Below are positions 21,548 through 29,908 of a stretch of 64,000 bases of DNA, piece by piece (within the stretch, counting starts at the first letter, position 1; each line of letters begins with the position of its first letter). The notes under the pieces are model-generated. The model searched no databases. It worked only from the letters and a program-made list of their open reading frames with translations, and was not told the DNA's origin. The DNA lies in NCBI GenBank assembly GCA_015478895.1, contig JADMKK010000024.1:37803-101802 (forward strand), read 5' to 3'. A program made the position numbers and the translations under genes. The stretch is from Comamonas sp. (GTDB taxonomy: Bacteria; Pseudomonadota; Gammaproteobacteria; Burkholderiales; Burkholderiaceae_C).

Positions 21548-22420
21548 TCAGTTTTGCTCAGCAAGTAGTTGCTGCAGAGTTTTTACCTGCAAGCGTAAAC
21601 GCTCGTTCTCGGCTTCTAGAGCAGTTATTTTGACTTGCATCTCCGAAATAGAAGCTACTGGTGCAGTTTCTATAGTTTCATCGCTATCTATATGCAGTTT
21701 TTCTGTTTTAGGTTTTTTCTTCGAATCACGCACGCGTTTGGCGGCTTGTTTGAGGCCTTCGCCACCTTCGGCAGCCACGGCTTGTTGTTCTTCCATAGAA
21801 AGGGTCGCAACAACCGCGGCCGCATTGAGCGACAACTCGCCGGCTTTTACAGCTGCCACCACTTCGGGCGCAGCTTTTTGCTGGATGGTCTCAATCATCT
21901 TGACTTGGCCGGCTGAAAGCCGGGCAGCGCGCGCCAAGGCTTCGCGGGTGTCCAGCGCTGCGTCGGGCACTTTGGGGCTGTTGGCCAACGCGGCGGCCAC
22001 AGCGGGGTCGGTATCGCCTTCCCAAGGGGCTTCGGTGCTGGCGGAGTCGGCTTTGGCTGCATTCACGGCAGCGGCGGCTGCAGCGCGCCGTTCAGCGATG
22101 ATTTCGCGCTTGCGCAGGGCCAGCACGCCGCGCTGGAAGTCGGAGACCGAGCGGCGGCCCAGGTGCTGGTCAATCATCCACAGGTGGATGTCTTCCATGT
22201 TCTGAAAACGCTCATTCTGAATGGTGTTAAACGGCAGGCCATGCTTTTGGCAGATGCCGTAGCGGTTGTGGCCATCGACCAAAATATTGCCCCACAGCAC
22301 CAGCGCGTCGCGGCAGCCTTCGTCCAGGATGCTGCGCTCCAGCGATTCGTATTCGTCGGTGGTGAGCGGGTCGATATAGGCCTTCAATTCAGGCAGAACC
22401 ACAATTTCTTCGTTGCTCAT
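21548..22420 (-). CDS. ParB/Spo0J-like N-terminal domain protein
   Basis: IDPLTTDEY...LERSILDEG, LVDGHNRY (ParB DG-x-x-R motif), HTH-like middle region, C-terminal coiled coil; start set at ATG 22420 because the track start overlaps a terminator. Confidence 0.8.
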   Translation of the reverse strand: MSNEEIVVLPELKAYIDPLTTDEYESLERSILDEGCRDALVLWGNILVDGHNRYGICQKHGLPFNTIQNERFQNMEDIHLWMIDQHLGRRSVSDFQRGVLALRKREIIAERRAAAAAAVNAAKADSASTEAPWEGDTDPAVAAALANSPKVPDAALDTREALARAARLSAGQVKMIETIQQKAAPEVVAAVKAGELSLNAAAVVATLSMEEQQAVAAEGGEGLKQAAKRVRDSKKKPKTEKLHIDSDETIETAPVASISEMQVKITALEAENERLRLQVKTLQQLLAEQN

Positions 22421-22442
22421 GACAGTCCAATCTTGCAAAGTC

Positions 22443-22464
22443 AAAAGGCACCCGAGGGTGCCTT
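22443..22464 (-). terminator. Terminator downstream of trhP
   Basis: AAGGCACC-CGAG-GGTGCCTT with T-run on the minus strand. Confidence 0.65.
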
Positions 22465-22497
22465 CCGTATCAGGCCTGAAGAGGCCTGTTAAAAAAT

Positions 22498-22577
22498 ATA
22501 GCTACATGCCGTTATCAATGCTTGATTTCAATATGAAAACTCTCTGAAAACAAGCAAGTACAACGGCCTGGTGCTAT
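22498..22577. repeat. 80-bp palindromic element, copy 2
   Basis: ATAGCTACATGCCGTT...AACGGCCTGGTGCTAT ends; inner TGCTTGATTTCA/TGAAAACAAGCA. Confidence 0.8.
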
Positions 22578-22585
22578 GAATAGCT

Positions 22586-24046
22586 TTAAGCAGCTTCGGT
22601 GGGAACCAGCAGGCGCGAGATCAACGCGCCATCTACGGGGCCTTCGACCGGAATGCGCACGCGCACGGGGTTGCCGGCGGCCACTTGCACAGGTTCGCCT
22701 GTCAGGTTGAACATCTGCTCCAGCTTGACGGTGCGGTTGCCCGTGGGGTGGATGATTTCGAGGGTGTCGCCCACCGAGAAGCGGTTCATGGTTTCGATTT
22801 CAGCCATACCGTTTTCGTAGCCACGCACCTGGCCCACAAAGTGGCTGCGTTGCAGCACCGAGTGACCGGTTTCGTAATTCTGGTAGTCGTTGGCGGGGCG
22901 GCGCTCCAGCAGGCCGCCGGTGTAGCCGCGGTTGGCCAGGCCTTCCAGCTCGGTGATCAGCGCGGGGTTGAACGGGCGGCCAGCCACGGCGTCGTCAATC
23001 GCGCGGCGGTAGGTTTGCGCGGTACGGGCCACGTAGTACAGGCTTTTGGTACGGCCTTCAATCTTGAGCGAATCGACACCAATTTTGGCCAAGCGCTCGA
23101 CGTGCTCAACGGCGCGCAAGTCCTTGGAGTTCATGATGTAGGTGCCGTGCTCATCTTCCATGATGGGCATCATTTCGCCGGGACGACCTTTTTCTTCCAG
23201 CAGGTAGATGGCGTCGGCCTTGGGGTGGCGCTTTTGGTCACCACAGGTGCTGGTGAACTGGTTGTCCAGATCGTTTTTGGCGTCTTCAAAGTTGAAGCCG
23301 TTTTCCATGGTCTGGCCCAATGCTTCGCCGGTGTTGGGGTCGACGTTGGCATCGTGCGTCTTGTAGTCCCAGCGGCAGGCATTGGTGCAAGTGCCTTGGT
23401 TGGGGTCGCGGCGGTTGAAGTAGCCCGACAGCAAACAACGGCCCGAGTAGGCAATGCACAGCGCGCCATGCACAAACACTTCAATTTCCATGTCGGGGCA
23501 TTCCTGGCGGATCTTTTCGATCTCATCCAAGGACAGCTCGCGCGACAAGATGATGCGCGAGACGCCCATCTTCTGCCAGAACTTGACGGTGGCGTAATTG
23601 GTGGTGTTGGCCTGTACCGAGAGGTGAATTTCTTGCTCGGGCCACTTTTCCTTGACCATCATGATCAAGCCAGGGTCGGCCATGATCAGCGCGTGGGGCT
23701 TGAGCTCAATGATGGGCTCGATGTCGCGCAGGTAAGTGCGGATCTTGTCGTTGTGCGCAATCAGGTTGCTGGTGACAAAAAACTTCTTACCACGCTGGTA
23801 GGCTTCCTGGATGCCTTGCGCAATTTGTTCCACACGGAATTCATTGTTGCGCGCTCGCAGGGAGTAGCGGGGCTGGCCGGCATAGACAGCATCGGCGCCA
23901 AAGTCATAGGCGGCGCGCATCTTCTCGAGCGAGCCGGCGGGAAGCAGCAGTTCAGGGGCTTTCATAGGGGGCTTATTTTCCTCGATTGCTGCATGCGCGT
24001 CATGCAGTGTCAACATGGCCTGCTCGTCGTATGGGTCGTGGCGCAC
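22586..24046 (-). CDS. trhP: U32 family tRNA 5-hydroxyuridine modification protein TrhP (YegQ)
   Basis: APELLLPAG, GADAVYAG, HGALCIAYSGRCLLS, CTNACRW, SLKIEGR; start uncertain. Confidence 0.93.
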   Translation of the reverse strand: MRHDPYDEQAMLTLHDAHAAIEENKPPMKAPELLLPAGSLEKMRAAYDFGADAVYAGQPRYSLRARNNEFRVEQIAQGIQEAYQRGKKFFVTSNLIAHNDKIRTYLRDIEPIIELKPHALIMADPGLIMMVKEKWPEQEIHLSVQANTTNYATVKFWQKMGVSRIILSRELSLDEIEKIRQECPDMEIEVFVHGALCIAYSGRCLLSGYFNRRDPNQGTCTNACRWDYKTHDANVDPNTGEALGQTMENGFNFEDAKNDLDNQFTSTCGDQKRHPKADAIYLLEEKGRPGEMMPIMEDEHGTYIMNSKDLRAVEHVERLAKIGVDSLKIEGRTKSLYYVARTAQTYRRAIDDAVAGRPFNPALITELEGLANRGYTGGLLERRPANDYQNYETGHSVLQRSHFVGQVRGYENGMAEIETMNRFSVGDTLEIIHPTGNRTVKLEQMFNLTGEPVQVAAGNPVRVRIPVEGPVDGALISRLLVPTEAA

Positions 24047-24048
24047 GC

Positions 24049-24462
24049 TTACGATTTGGGCAGCACCAGGCTTTTGCGAACGCCGTCAATCTCATAGCTA
24101 ATTTCGCGCTTGGATATTTCCACCAGATTTCCACCATTGGGCAGGCGGCTGCCAATCGCAAAGTTTTTGGCGTTGTCGCCAGATATCTGAATCAGGGCCC
24201 GCGATTGCGATGGAATATTTGAAAACACAATACCTTGCAGCCGCATGGAATCATTCTGCGAAGGGCCAGTTTGCGGCTGGAGCGTAGTGGCTGGTTTTTG
24301 AAAAAGATGGGCGATATCTGCCTGCGTATAGGTAGCTGAATCGATATTGCCAATATGATTTAAAGCTTCTATGGGTGGTGTGCGTAATGACAGTAAAAAT
24401 CCAGCCGCGACAAAAGCAGTCAAACTCCACAGCGAAAAACAGGTGATTTGCGGGAACTTCAT
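24049..24462 (-). CDS. gspC: T2SS protein C-like (single TM plus HR domain)
   Basis: N-terminal TM, MRLQGIV...ALIQ...FAIG pattern of the GspC HR domain; divergent from gspG. Confidence 0.7.
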   Translation of the reverse strand: MKFPQITCFSLWSLTAFVAAGFLLSLRTPPIEALNHIGNIDSATYTQADIAHLFQKPATTLQPQTGPSQNDSMRLQGIVFSNIPSQSRALIQISGDNAKNFAIGSRLPNGGNLVEISKREISYEIDGVRKSLVLPKS

Positions 24463-24568
24463 GGCGTATTCAATGGAAAATATAGGCCTGAATATACGCA
24501 AGCGGGAACGCTGGCTCATCAAGTATTTAGGCGGTCGCGTGAATTTAATCGAACAGCGAGAGGTTCTG

Positions 24569-24991
24569 ATGTCGAAATATAAAAGTCAGCGAGGATTCAC
24601 TTTGCTGGAATTGATGGTGGTCGTGGTCATTATTGGAGTGCTGGGCGCACTGATAATTCCCAATTTTATGGATCGCCCCAATGAAGCTCGCGTGACTGCT
24701 GCGAAAACAGACATCTCCAGCGTGATGCAGGCGCTCAAACTGTACAAGCTGGACAACCACCGCTATCCCACCGCAGAGCAAGGTCTGGGTGCTTTGATTG
24801 CACGCCCCGCCAGTGGGCCTGCGCCCGCCAACTGGAAGGCTTATATGGACAAGCTGCCCAATGACCCGTGGGGCCATCCTTACCAGTATCTGAACCCTGG
24901 CGTGAAGGGAGAGGTTGACGTACTGAGCTTTGGCGCGGATGGTCAAAGCGGCGGTGAAGGCTTTGATGCGGATATCGGAAGCTGGCAGTAA
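24569..24991 (+). CDS. gspG: T2SS major pseudopilin
   Basis: G|FTLLE prepilin site, ALKLYKLDN, DPWGHPYQY. Confidence 0.96.
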   Translation: MSKYKSQRGFTLLELMVVVVIIGVLGALIIPNFMDRPNEARVTAAKTDISSVMQALKLYKLDNHRYPTAEQGLGALIARPASGPAPANWKAYMDKLPNDPWGHPYQYLNPGVKGEVDVLSFGADGQSGGEGFDADIGSWQ

Positions 24992-25004
24992 GCCTCGATA
25001 GCGG

Positions 25005-25421
25005 ATGCTGCGCCAAAACGGATTCACGCTGCTGGAATTGCTGGTTGTTCTCAGCATCGCTGCGCTGCTGGTAGTGGGTGCCAGTTTGGCGTTGCCTTCT
25101 GGCGCGCACCGTCATTTGGAGCAGGAAGCGCAAAAAATGATTGCGCTGCTGGAAACTGCCCGCGCCCAGTCAAGGGCCAGCGGTCAGGCGGTGAAGGTGT
25201 TGGTCAATGAACAAGGCATGCGCTTTAGCGGTGCCCAGACGGATAAAAAACTGAGCACTGGCTGGTTGTATGAAGGCACTTCAGCGGCAAGCACCCATTT
25301 GGTTTTAGGGCCTGAACCTGTCATTGCACCGCAAAGCGTGCACCTGTTTAGCACGAACGGGGCCAGCAGTTGGATAGTGACTGATGGTGTGCGGCCTTTC
25401 GTAGCAAGGAACACCCCGTGA
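25005..25421 (+). CDS. gspH: T2SS minor pseudopilin H
   Basis: G|FTLLE prepilin site; gene order. Confidence 0.85.
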   Translation: MLRQNGFTLLELLVVLSIAALLVVGASLALPSGAHRHLEQEAQKMIALLETARAQSRASGQAVKVLVNEQGMRFSGAQTDKKLSTGWLYEGTSAASTHLVLGPEPVIAPQSVHLFSTNGASSWIVTDGVRPFVARNTP

Positions 25422-25774
25422 CCACGCAGCGCGGTCTGACGATGGTTGAAGTGCTGATCGCCTTGGCCATTACAGCCATTGCTTTGCTGGCGGCAGGGCA
25501 AGCTATGCGCTCCATGATCCATGCCGCTGCACGGCAAGAGCAAGTGACTTTGGCCCAGCTCTGCGCGGAGAACGCTTTGGTGAGTGCTCGCTTGTCGGCG
25601 CAGTTTCCGTCAGTGGGTGAAAGCTATCAACCTTGCGAGCAGCTAGGGCGCGCATTCACCGTAAAACTTTGGGTGTCGGGTACAGCCAACCCTAGCTTTC
25701 GCCGTGTCCAGGCGCAGGTGTTGCAAGGTGATGAATCGGTGTTGTCCATTGCCACGGTCATGGGGCGCTACTAA
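25418..25774 (+). CDS. gspI: T2SS minor pseudopilin I
   Basis: G|LTMVEV, AQLCAEN, FRRV. Confidence 0.88.
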   Translation: MTTQRGLTMVEVLIALAITAIALLAAGQAMRSMIHAAARQEQVTLAQLCAENALVSARLSAQFPSVGESYQPCEQLGRAFTVKLWVSGTANPSFRRVQAQVLQGDESVLSIATVMGRY

Positions 25775-26427
25775 TGGGCCAGCAGCGCGGATTTACCTTG
25801 GTGGAAGTGCTGGTCGCCTTGTCCATCATGGCGCTGATGGGCAGCATGTCTTGGGTGGGTATGGACGCGCTGCTCAAATCCAAACAACGCACAGAAAGCA
25901 AATCGATTGAGAACGCCCAACTGCAAATTGCCTTGGGCCAGTGGGCCAGCGACCTCGAGCAAGCATGGAGGCCGGATAGCACCGATCCCATGGGCTGGGA
26001 TGGCAAAGTATTTCGCTTAACGCGGCGTGCGCAGCAATTGGAGCAAGGGGTGGTGGTGGTGGCGTGGGCGGTGCGCAGCGAAGGTGCCAGTACAGACCTT
26101 ATGCGCTGGCAATCAAGACCTGTGATTACGGTGGGCGATTGGCAAACTGCATGGGAGGAGGCCGCGAATTGGGCGCGCGGAAGTATCAACACACCGGCAG
26201 CTAGGCTGATTCCCGCAGACAGCGTGGACGTTTATGTCTGGCACGGCGGCACGTGGGTGAATGCACAAAGCTCGCAAGTGGGCAGCACCACAAAAAGAAG
26301 CGGGCTTGGGCGGCTTGCGGCCAGTTTGCCCCAGCAGCCTGTTGGCGTTCGCCTGGTGGTGCATACCCGAAATGGTGATTTGTCCAAGGATTGGAGCGCC
26401 CCGACGTGGAGCGAGCCCAAATCATGA
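25774..26427 (+). CDS. gspJ: T2SS minor pseudopilin J
   Basis: G|FTLVEVLVAL, QWASDL, RWQS. Confidence 0.88.
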   Translation: MGQQRGFTLVEVLVALSIMALMGSMSWVGMDALLKSKQRTESKSIENAQLQIALGQWASDLEQAWRPDSTDPMGWDGKVFRLTRRAQQLEQGVVVVAWAVRSEGASTDLMRWQSRPVITVGDWQTAWEEAANWARGSINTPAARLIPADSVDVYVWHGGTWVNAQSSQVGSTTKRSGLGRLAASLPQQPVGVRLVVHTRNGDLSKDWSAPTWSEPKS

Positions 26428-27386
26428 GCCAGCGTACTGCGCAGCATGGGGCCGCCATCTTGACTGCCATGATCACCGTTACGCTGGTGGCTACCGTGGC
26501 TGCGACGGCCATTGCGCGGCAGTCAAGTGCAGTGGACGTGGAGGCGGCTGAGCGCAGCCGGATACAAGCACAATGGTTGCTACGGGGCGCGATGGATTGG
26601 TCCCGGCTGCTGCTGCGACAAGATGCGCAAAGCTCAGGAGCAGTAGATCACCTGGCAGAACCTTGGGCAGTGCCCTTGCAAGAGACCAAGCTGTCCGCGT
26701 TTTTAGCAGCCCAAGGCGGTGTGAAGGATGTCGATGCCAGCTCCGATATGTCGGAAGCTTATTTGTCAGGCGCCATGCAGGACATGCAGGCTAAATTGAA
26801 TCTCTTGCCGTTTTTTACTAATAAGGGTGAAGGTGAGCAGTCACTTATTCATCATCCTGTCCAGCGTTTGTTTCAACGTTTGGGATTGCCACAGAGTGAA
26901 TATGAGGTGCTCAAACAAGCCTTGGGGCAAGCGCTCAAAACGGAAGCGGGCAGCACCCGGCCATTACCCCCCCAAACCTTGCAAGACTTGGTTTGGCTGG
27001 GCATTGCTCCCCAGACCGTGCAAGCCCTTGAGCCCTATGCGTTCGTGCATCCGACAGTGTCTACCGTCAATATCAATACTGCGACTGCTCAGGTGATATG
27101 GGCTTTGGTGCCCACGCTGGAATGGGCGCAAGCACAAACCTTGGTATCTGCTCGCACCCAAAAGCATTTTAAAAACTTGCAGCAAGCACAAGATATCGTG
27201 CCCAGCGCTGTATTCCCAAGTGGGGTGTTTTCCGTGAATAGCCAGTTTTTCTCAGCCCGTGGGCAAGTGCGCATGGAGGGCATCGCTTTGGCCATGCAGG
27301 CTGACTTGCAGCGAGTGAACGCCAAAGTCAGTACAGAGCGGGTGCAAAGTGTAGGTATTGCTTTGCCTGTTGGCATTCAACCGTAA
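26424..27386 (+). CDS. gspK: T2SS minor pseudopilin K
   Basis: G|AAILTAM, DHLAEPWA, VNINTA. Confidence 0.92.
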   Translation: MSQRTAQHGAAILTAMITVTLVATVAATAIARQSSAVDVEAAERSRIQAQWLLRGAMDWSRLLLRQDAQSSGAVDHLAEPWAVPLQETKLSAFLAAQGGVKDVDASSDMSEAYLSGAMQDMQAKLNLLPFFTNKGEGEQSLIHHPVQRLFQRLGLPQSEYEVLKQALGQALKTEAGSTRPLPPQTLQDLVWLGIAPQTVQALEPYAFVHPTVSTVNINTATAQVIWALVPTLEWAQAQTLVSARTQKHFKNLQQAQDIVPSAVFPSGVFSVNSQFFSARGQVRMEGIALAMQADLQRVNAKVSTERVQSVGIALPVGIQP

Positions 27387-27471
27387 TGGTGCCGCCTTTC
27401 ACTTTCAATATGGCCACGCAGGGCATGCGTATGCTGCCTATCAAAGAGGTGATTCGTGCAAGAGAGGGTAT

Positions 27472-28659
27472 ATGAATAAGCTGATCGCGCTGCTTCCCAG
27501 CGTCAGGCCGCAGAGCGAAGACAGCTTGCATTGCTGGCAGGTTGCCGGTGATGGGCACACGCAGGTAGTGATGCAAACGGTCCGCGAGCTGGCGCAAGCC
27601 AAATTGGTCCAGACCATTGCCGTGGTGCCAGCTGCTTGCCTTTCCTGGCACCAAGTGGTGCTGCCGGCTACGGTCAAACTTCATGGCGATGCTCGCTTGC
27701 TGCCTTTGCTGCAGAGCTTGTTGGAAGATGCGCTCTTGGACGAACCTGACCAGGTGCATATTGCCTTGATGCCGGGCGCCCTGCCTGGGCAGCCTTGCGT
27801 CGTGTCGGTATGTGATAAGGCGTGGCTGGCGGCCTGGCTGGAAACTTTCGAACGCGCAGGCATTAAGGTGGATCGTTTGGTGCCCGAGATCGCACCTGAT
27901 GCTTTGGGTGAACAAGGCATTTGCAGCGGTCTTAGTCACAGCGGTTGGATGACCACTTTGCAGCAGGGTGTGCCGGTGACATTACCCTTGCACACTGACA
28001 CGGCGATTTGGCCGCCTGCCACGGTGTACCACGCATTACCCGCCACTTATAGCGATGCTGAAAAGGTACTGGGCCGAGACCGGCTGCAGCTTGCAGACGA
28101 GCAAAGCTGGGTGCAGCGCATGCTGCAGACGCAGTGGGAGCTCATGCAGCACGGTTTTGCCTCGAACGCGCTGGAACGTATGCGCCGCAAGTGGCTGGCT
28201 GGCGTGCGAGATGTATTAAGTGCGCCGCAATGGCGTGCCAGCCGCATAGCCGTGGTGACGCTGGCGGTGGTCTGCGCAGCAGGGCTGAATGTGAAAGTGT
28301 GGCAGCAGCAGCGAGCCTTGGCCGCTAAGCAGCAAGCGATACTTGCCACCGTGCAAGAAACTTTTCCGCAGCTGCGGGTGGTTATTGATGCGCCATTGCA
28401 AATGCAGCGTGAATTACAGACGCTGCGTCAAATCAGCGGCGTAGTGACGGCAACAGACTTGGAGCCCATGGCCGCAGCAGCAGGTGCCGCGCTGAAAGCG
28501 TCCGGGCTAGCGGTCAATTCTGTGGAGTACAACGGGACGGAATTGCTGCTCCGGGGACTTGCTCAAAGCCATGTGACCACTGTGAATGAACACCTCCGGG
28601 GCTCGCGCTATATCGCAGAAATGGCTGGCGATGCGCTTCGATTGAAAGTGCTGCCATGA
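27472..28659 (+). CDS. gspL: T2SS inner membrane platform protein L
   Basis: LLEDALLDEPDQVHIAL actin-like domain, single TM, periplasmic tail. Confidence 0.9.
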   Translation: MNKLIALLPSVRPQSEDSLHCWQVAGDGHTQVVMQTVRELAQAKLVQTIAVVPAACLSWHQVVLPATVKLHGDARLLPLLQSLLEDALLDEPDQVHIALMPGALPGQPCVVSVCDKAWLAAWLETFERAGIKVDRLVPEIAPDALGEQGICSGLSHSGWMTTLQQGVPVTLPLHTDTAIWPPATVYHALPATYSDAEKVLGRDRLQLADEQSWVQRMLQTQWELMQHGFASNALERMRRKWLAGVRDVLSAPQWRASRIAVVTLAVVCAAGLNVKVWQQQRALAAKQQAILATVQETFPQLRVVIDAPLQMQRELQTLRQISGVVTATDLEPMAAAAGAALKASGLAVNSVEYNGTELLLRGLAQSHVTTVNEHLRGSRYIAEMAGDALRLKVLP

Positions 28660-29102
28660 GCGTTATTTCCAAAACAAAAATTGCCAAAGAAGTTTGGGTA
28701 CTCGCCGGAGTCGCGGTGCTCGGTGCGGCCTGTATTTGGCCGCTGCAGCGCCTGCAAACATTGCCTGCAAAACATACAGCGCTGGATCAGCAACTGATGC
28801 AAGTGCAAGCCATGGCCGCCCAGGCGCAGCAGTTGCGAGCGCTGCAGTCTGCCCCATTGGGTAATGGTGTGGAGTTGTTGCAGATGGCCGTTTCCAGCAC
28901 GCTGGGCACGGCTGCGACCGTTACTTTTGCAGGGGACGCGGCAACGCTGGTGCTCAATCAGGTGGAGCCTGCCAATTTGGCGCGCGGCCTGGAGGTCATG
29001 CGGCAAAACACTGCAGCGCGTTTTACTTCGGCCAAGCTCGATATTCGGGCAGAGCAAATCAGTGGTCGCTTAGAGCTGCAATTGCCAGCTGGCCAGCCAT
29101 GA
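28656..29102 (+). CDS. gspM: T2SS protein M
   Basis: N-terminal TM, coiled coil, position after gspL. Confidence 0.82.
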   Translation: MSVISKTKIAKEVWVLAGVAVLGAACIWPLQRLQTLPAKHTALDQQLMQVQAMAAQAQQLRALQSAPLGNGVELLQMAVSSTLGTAATVTFAGDAATLVLNQVEPANLARGLEVMRQNTAARFTSAKLDIRAEQISGRLELQLPAGQP

Positions 29103-29908
29103 AGGCAAAGATGTCCCGCAAAGTACCCGCAGTACCCGCAGTACCCGCACGATTGGCTTCCAACCGAGGTTATGCGCTGTGGGGTGGTATGAGCGGTGCT
29201 TTGCTGGCTTGCCTGGTGTTTGCGCCAGCGGCGTGGCTGGCTACTGCGGTCGAACGTGCATCTGCTGGACAGGTGCGTTTGGTCAATCCTGCGGGAACCA
29301 TCTGGAATGGCTCTGCAGCCTGGGTGCTGACATCGGGAGTGGGTGGCTCCACCTCTCTCAGTCTGCCTTCACGGGTCGCTTGGCGTATCAGGCCCAATGG
29401 GTCAGGTTTGCATGTGGCACTGGACGCTGCCTGCTGCACCCAGGCTCCGGTCAAGCTACAGATATCTCCGCAATCGCTGCGCATTGCAGCCGCAGCAGCA
29501 CACATGCCGATGTCGCTCTTGCAGGGGCTCGGAACACCTTGGAATACGCTGGAATTGCGCGGTGATTTGCAATTGCGATGGGAAAACTTCGCAATGTCCT
29601 GGGCGTCTTCTGCCATCACGATAGAGGGGCTGATGGAGATGCAGGCACGCAGCGTTGCCAGCCGATTGTCCCCCCTGCCAGATGTTGGCTCTTACCAATT
29701 GCATTTGCGTGGTGGTGCACAGCCCCGTGTGGATCTGAGCACGCTGCGTGGAGCGCTGGTGCTCCAAGGGCATGGACATTGGAATAACGCGAAATTTCGC
29801 TTTGAGGGCGAGGCTCATGCCCAGCCAGAGCAAGCCACCGAGCTGGCTAATCTGCTGACGCTGCTGGGAACTCGGCGCGGCAACACAACAATGATTCGAT
29901 GGGGTTGA
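29099..29908 (+). CDS. gspN: T2SS protein N
   Basis: FAPAAWL, GTIWNG, GTPWNTL, GSYQL, LLTLLG. Confidence 0.88.
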   Translation: MKAKMSRKVPAVPAVPARLASNRGYALWGGMSGALLACLVFAPAAWLATAVERASAGQVRLVNPAGTIWNGSAAWVLTSGVGGSTSLSLPSRVAWRIRPNGSGLHVALDAACCTQAPVKLQISPQSLRIAAAAAHMPMSLLQGLGTPWNTLELRGDLQLRWENFAMSWASSAITIEGLMEMQARSVASRLSPLPDVGSYQLHLRGGAQPRVDLSTLRGALVLQGHGHWNNAKFRFEGEAHAQPEQATELANLLTLLGTRRGNTTMIRWG

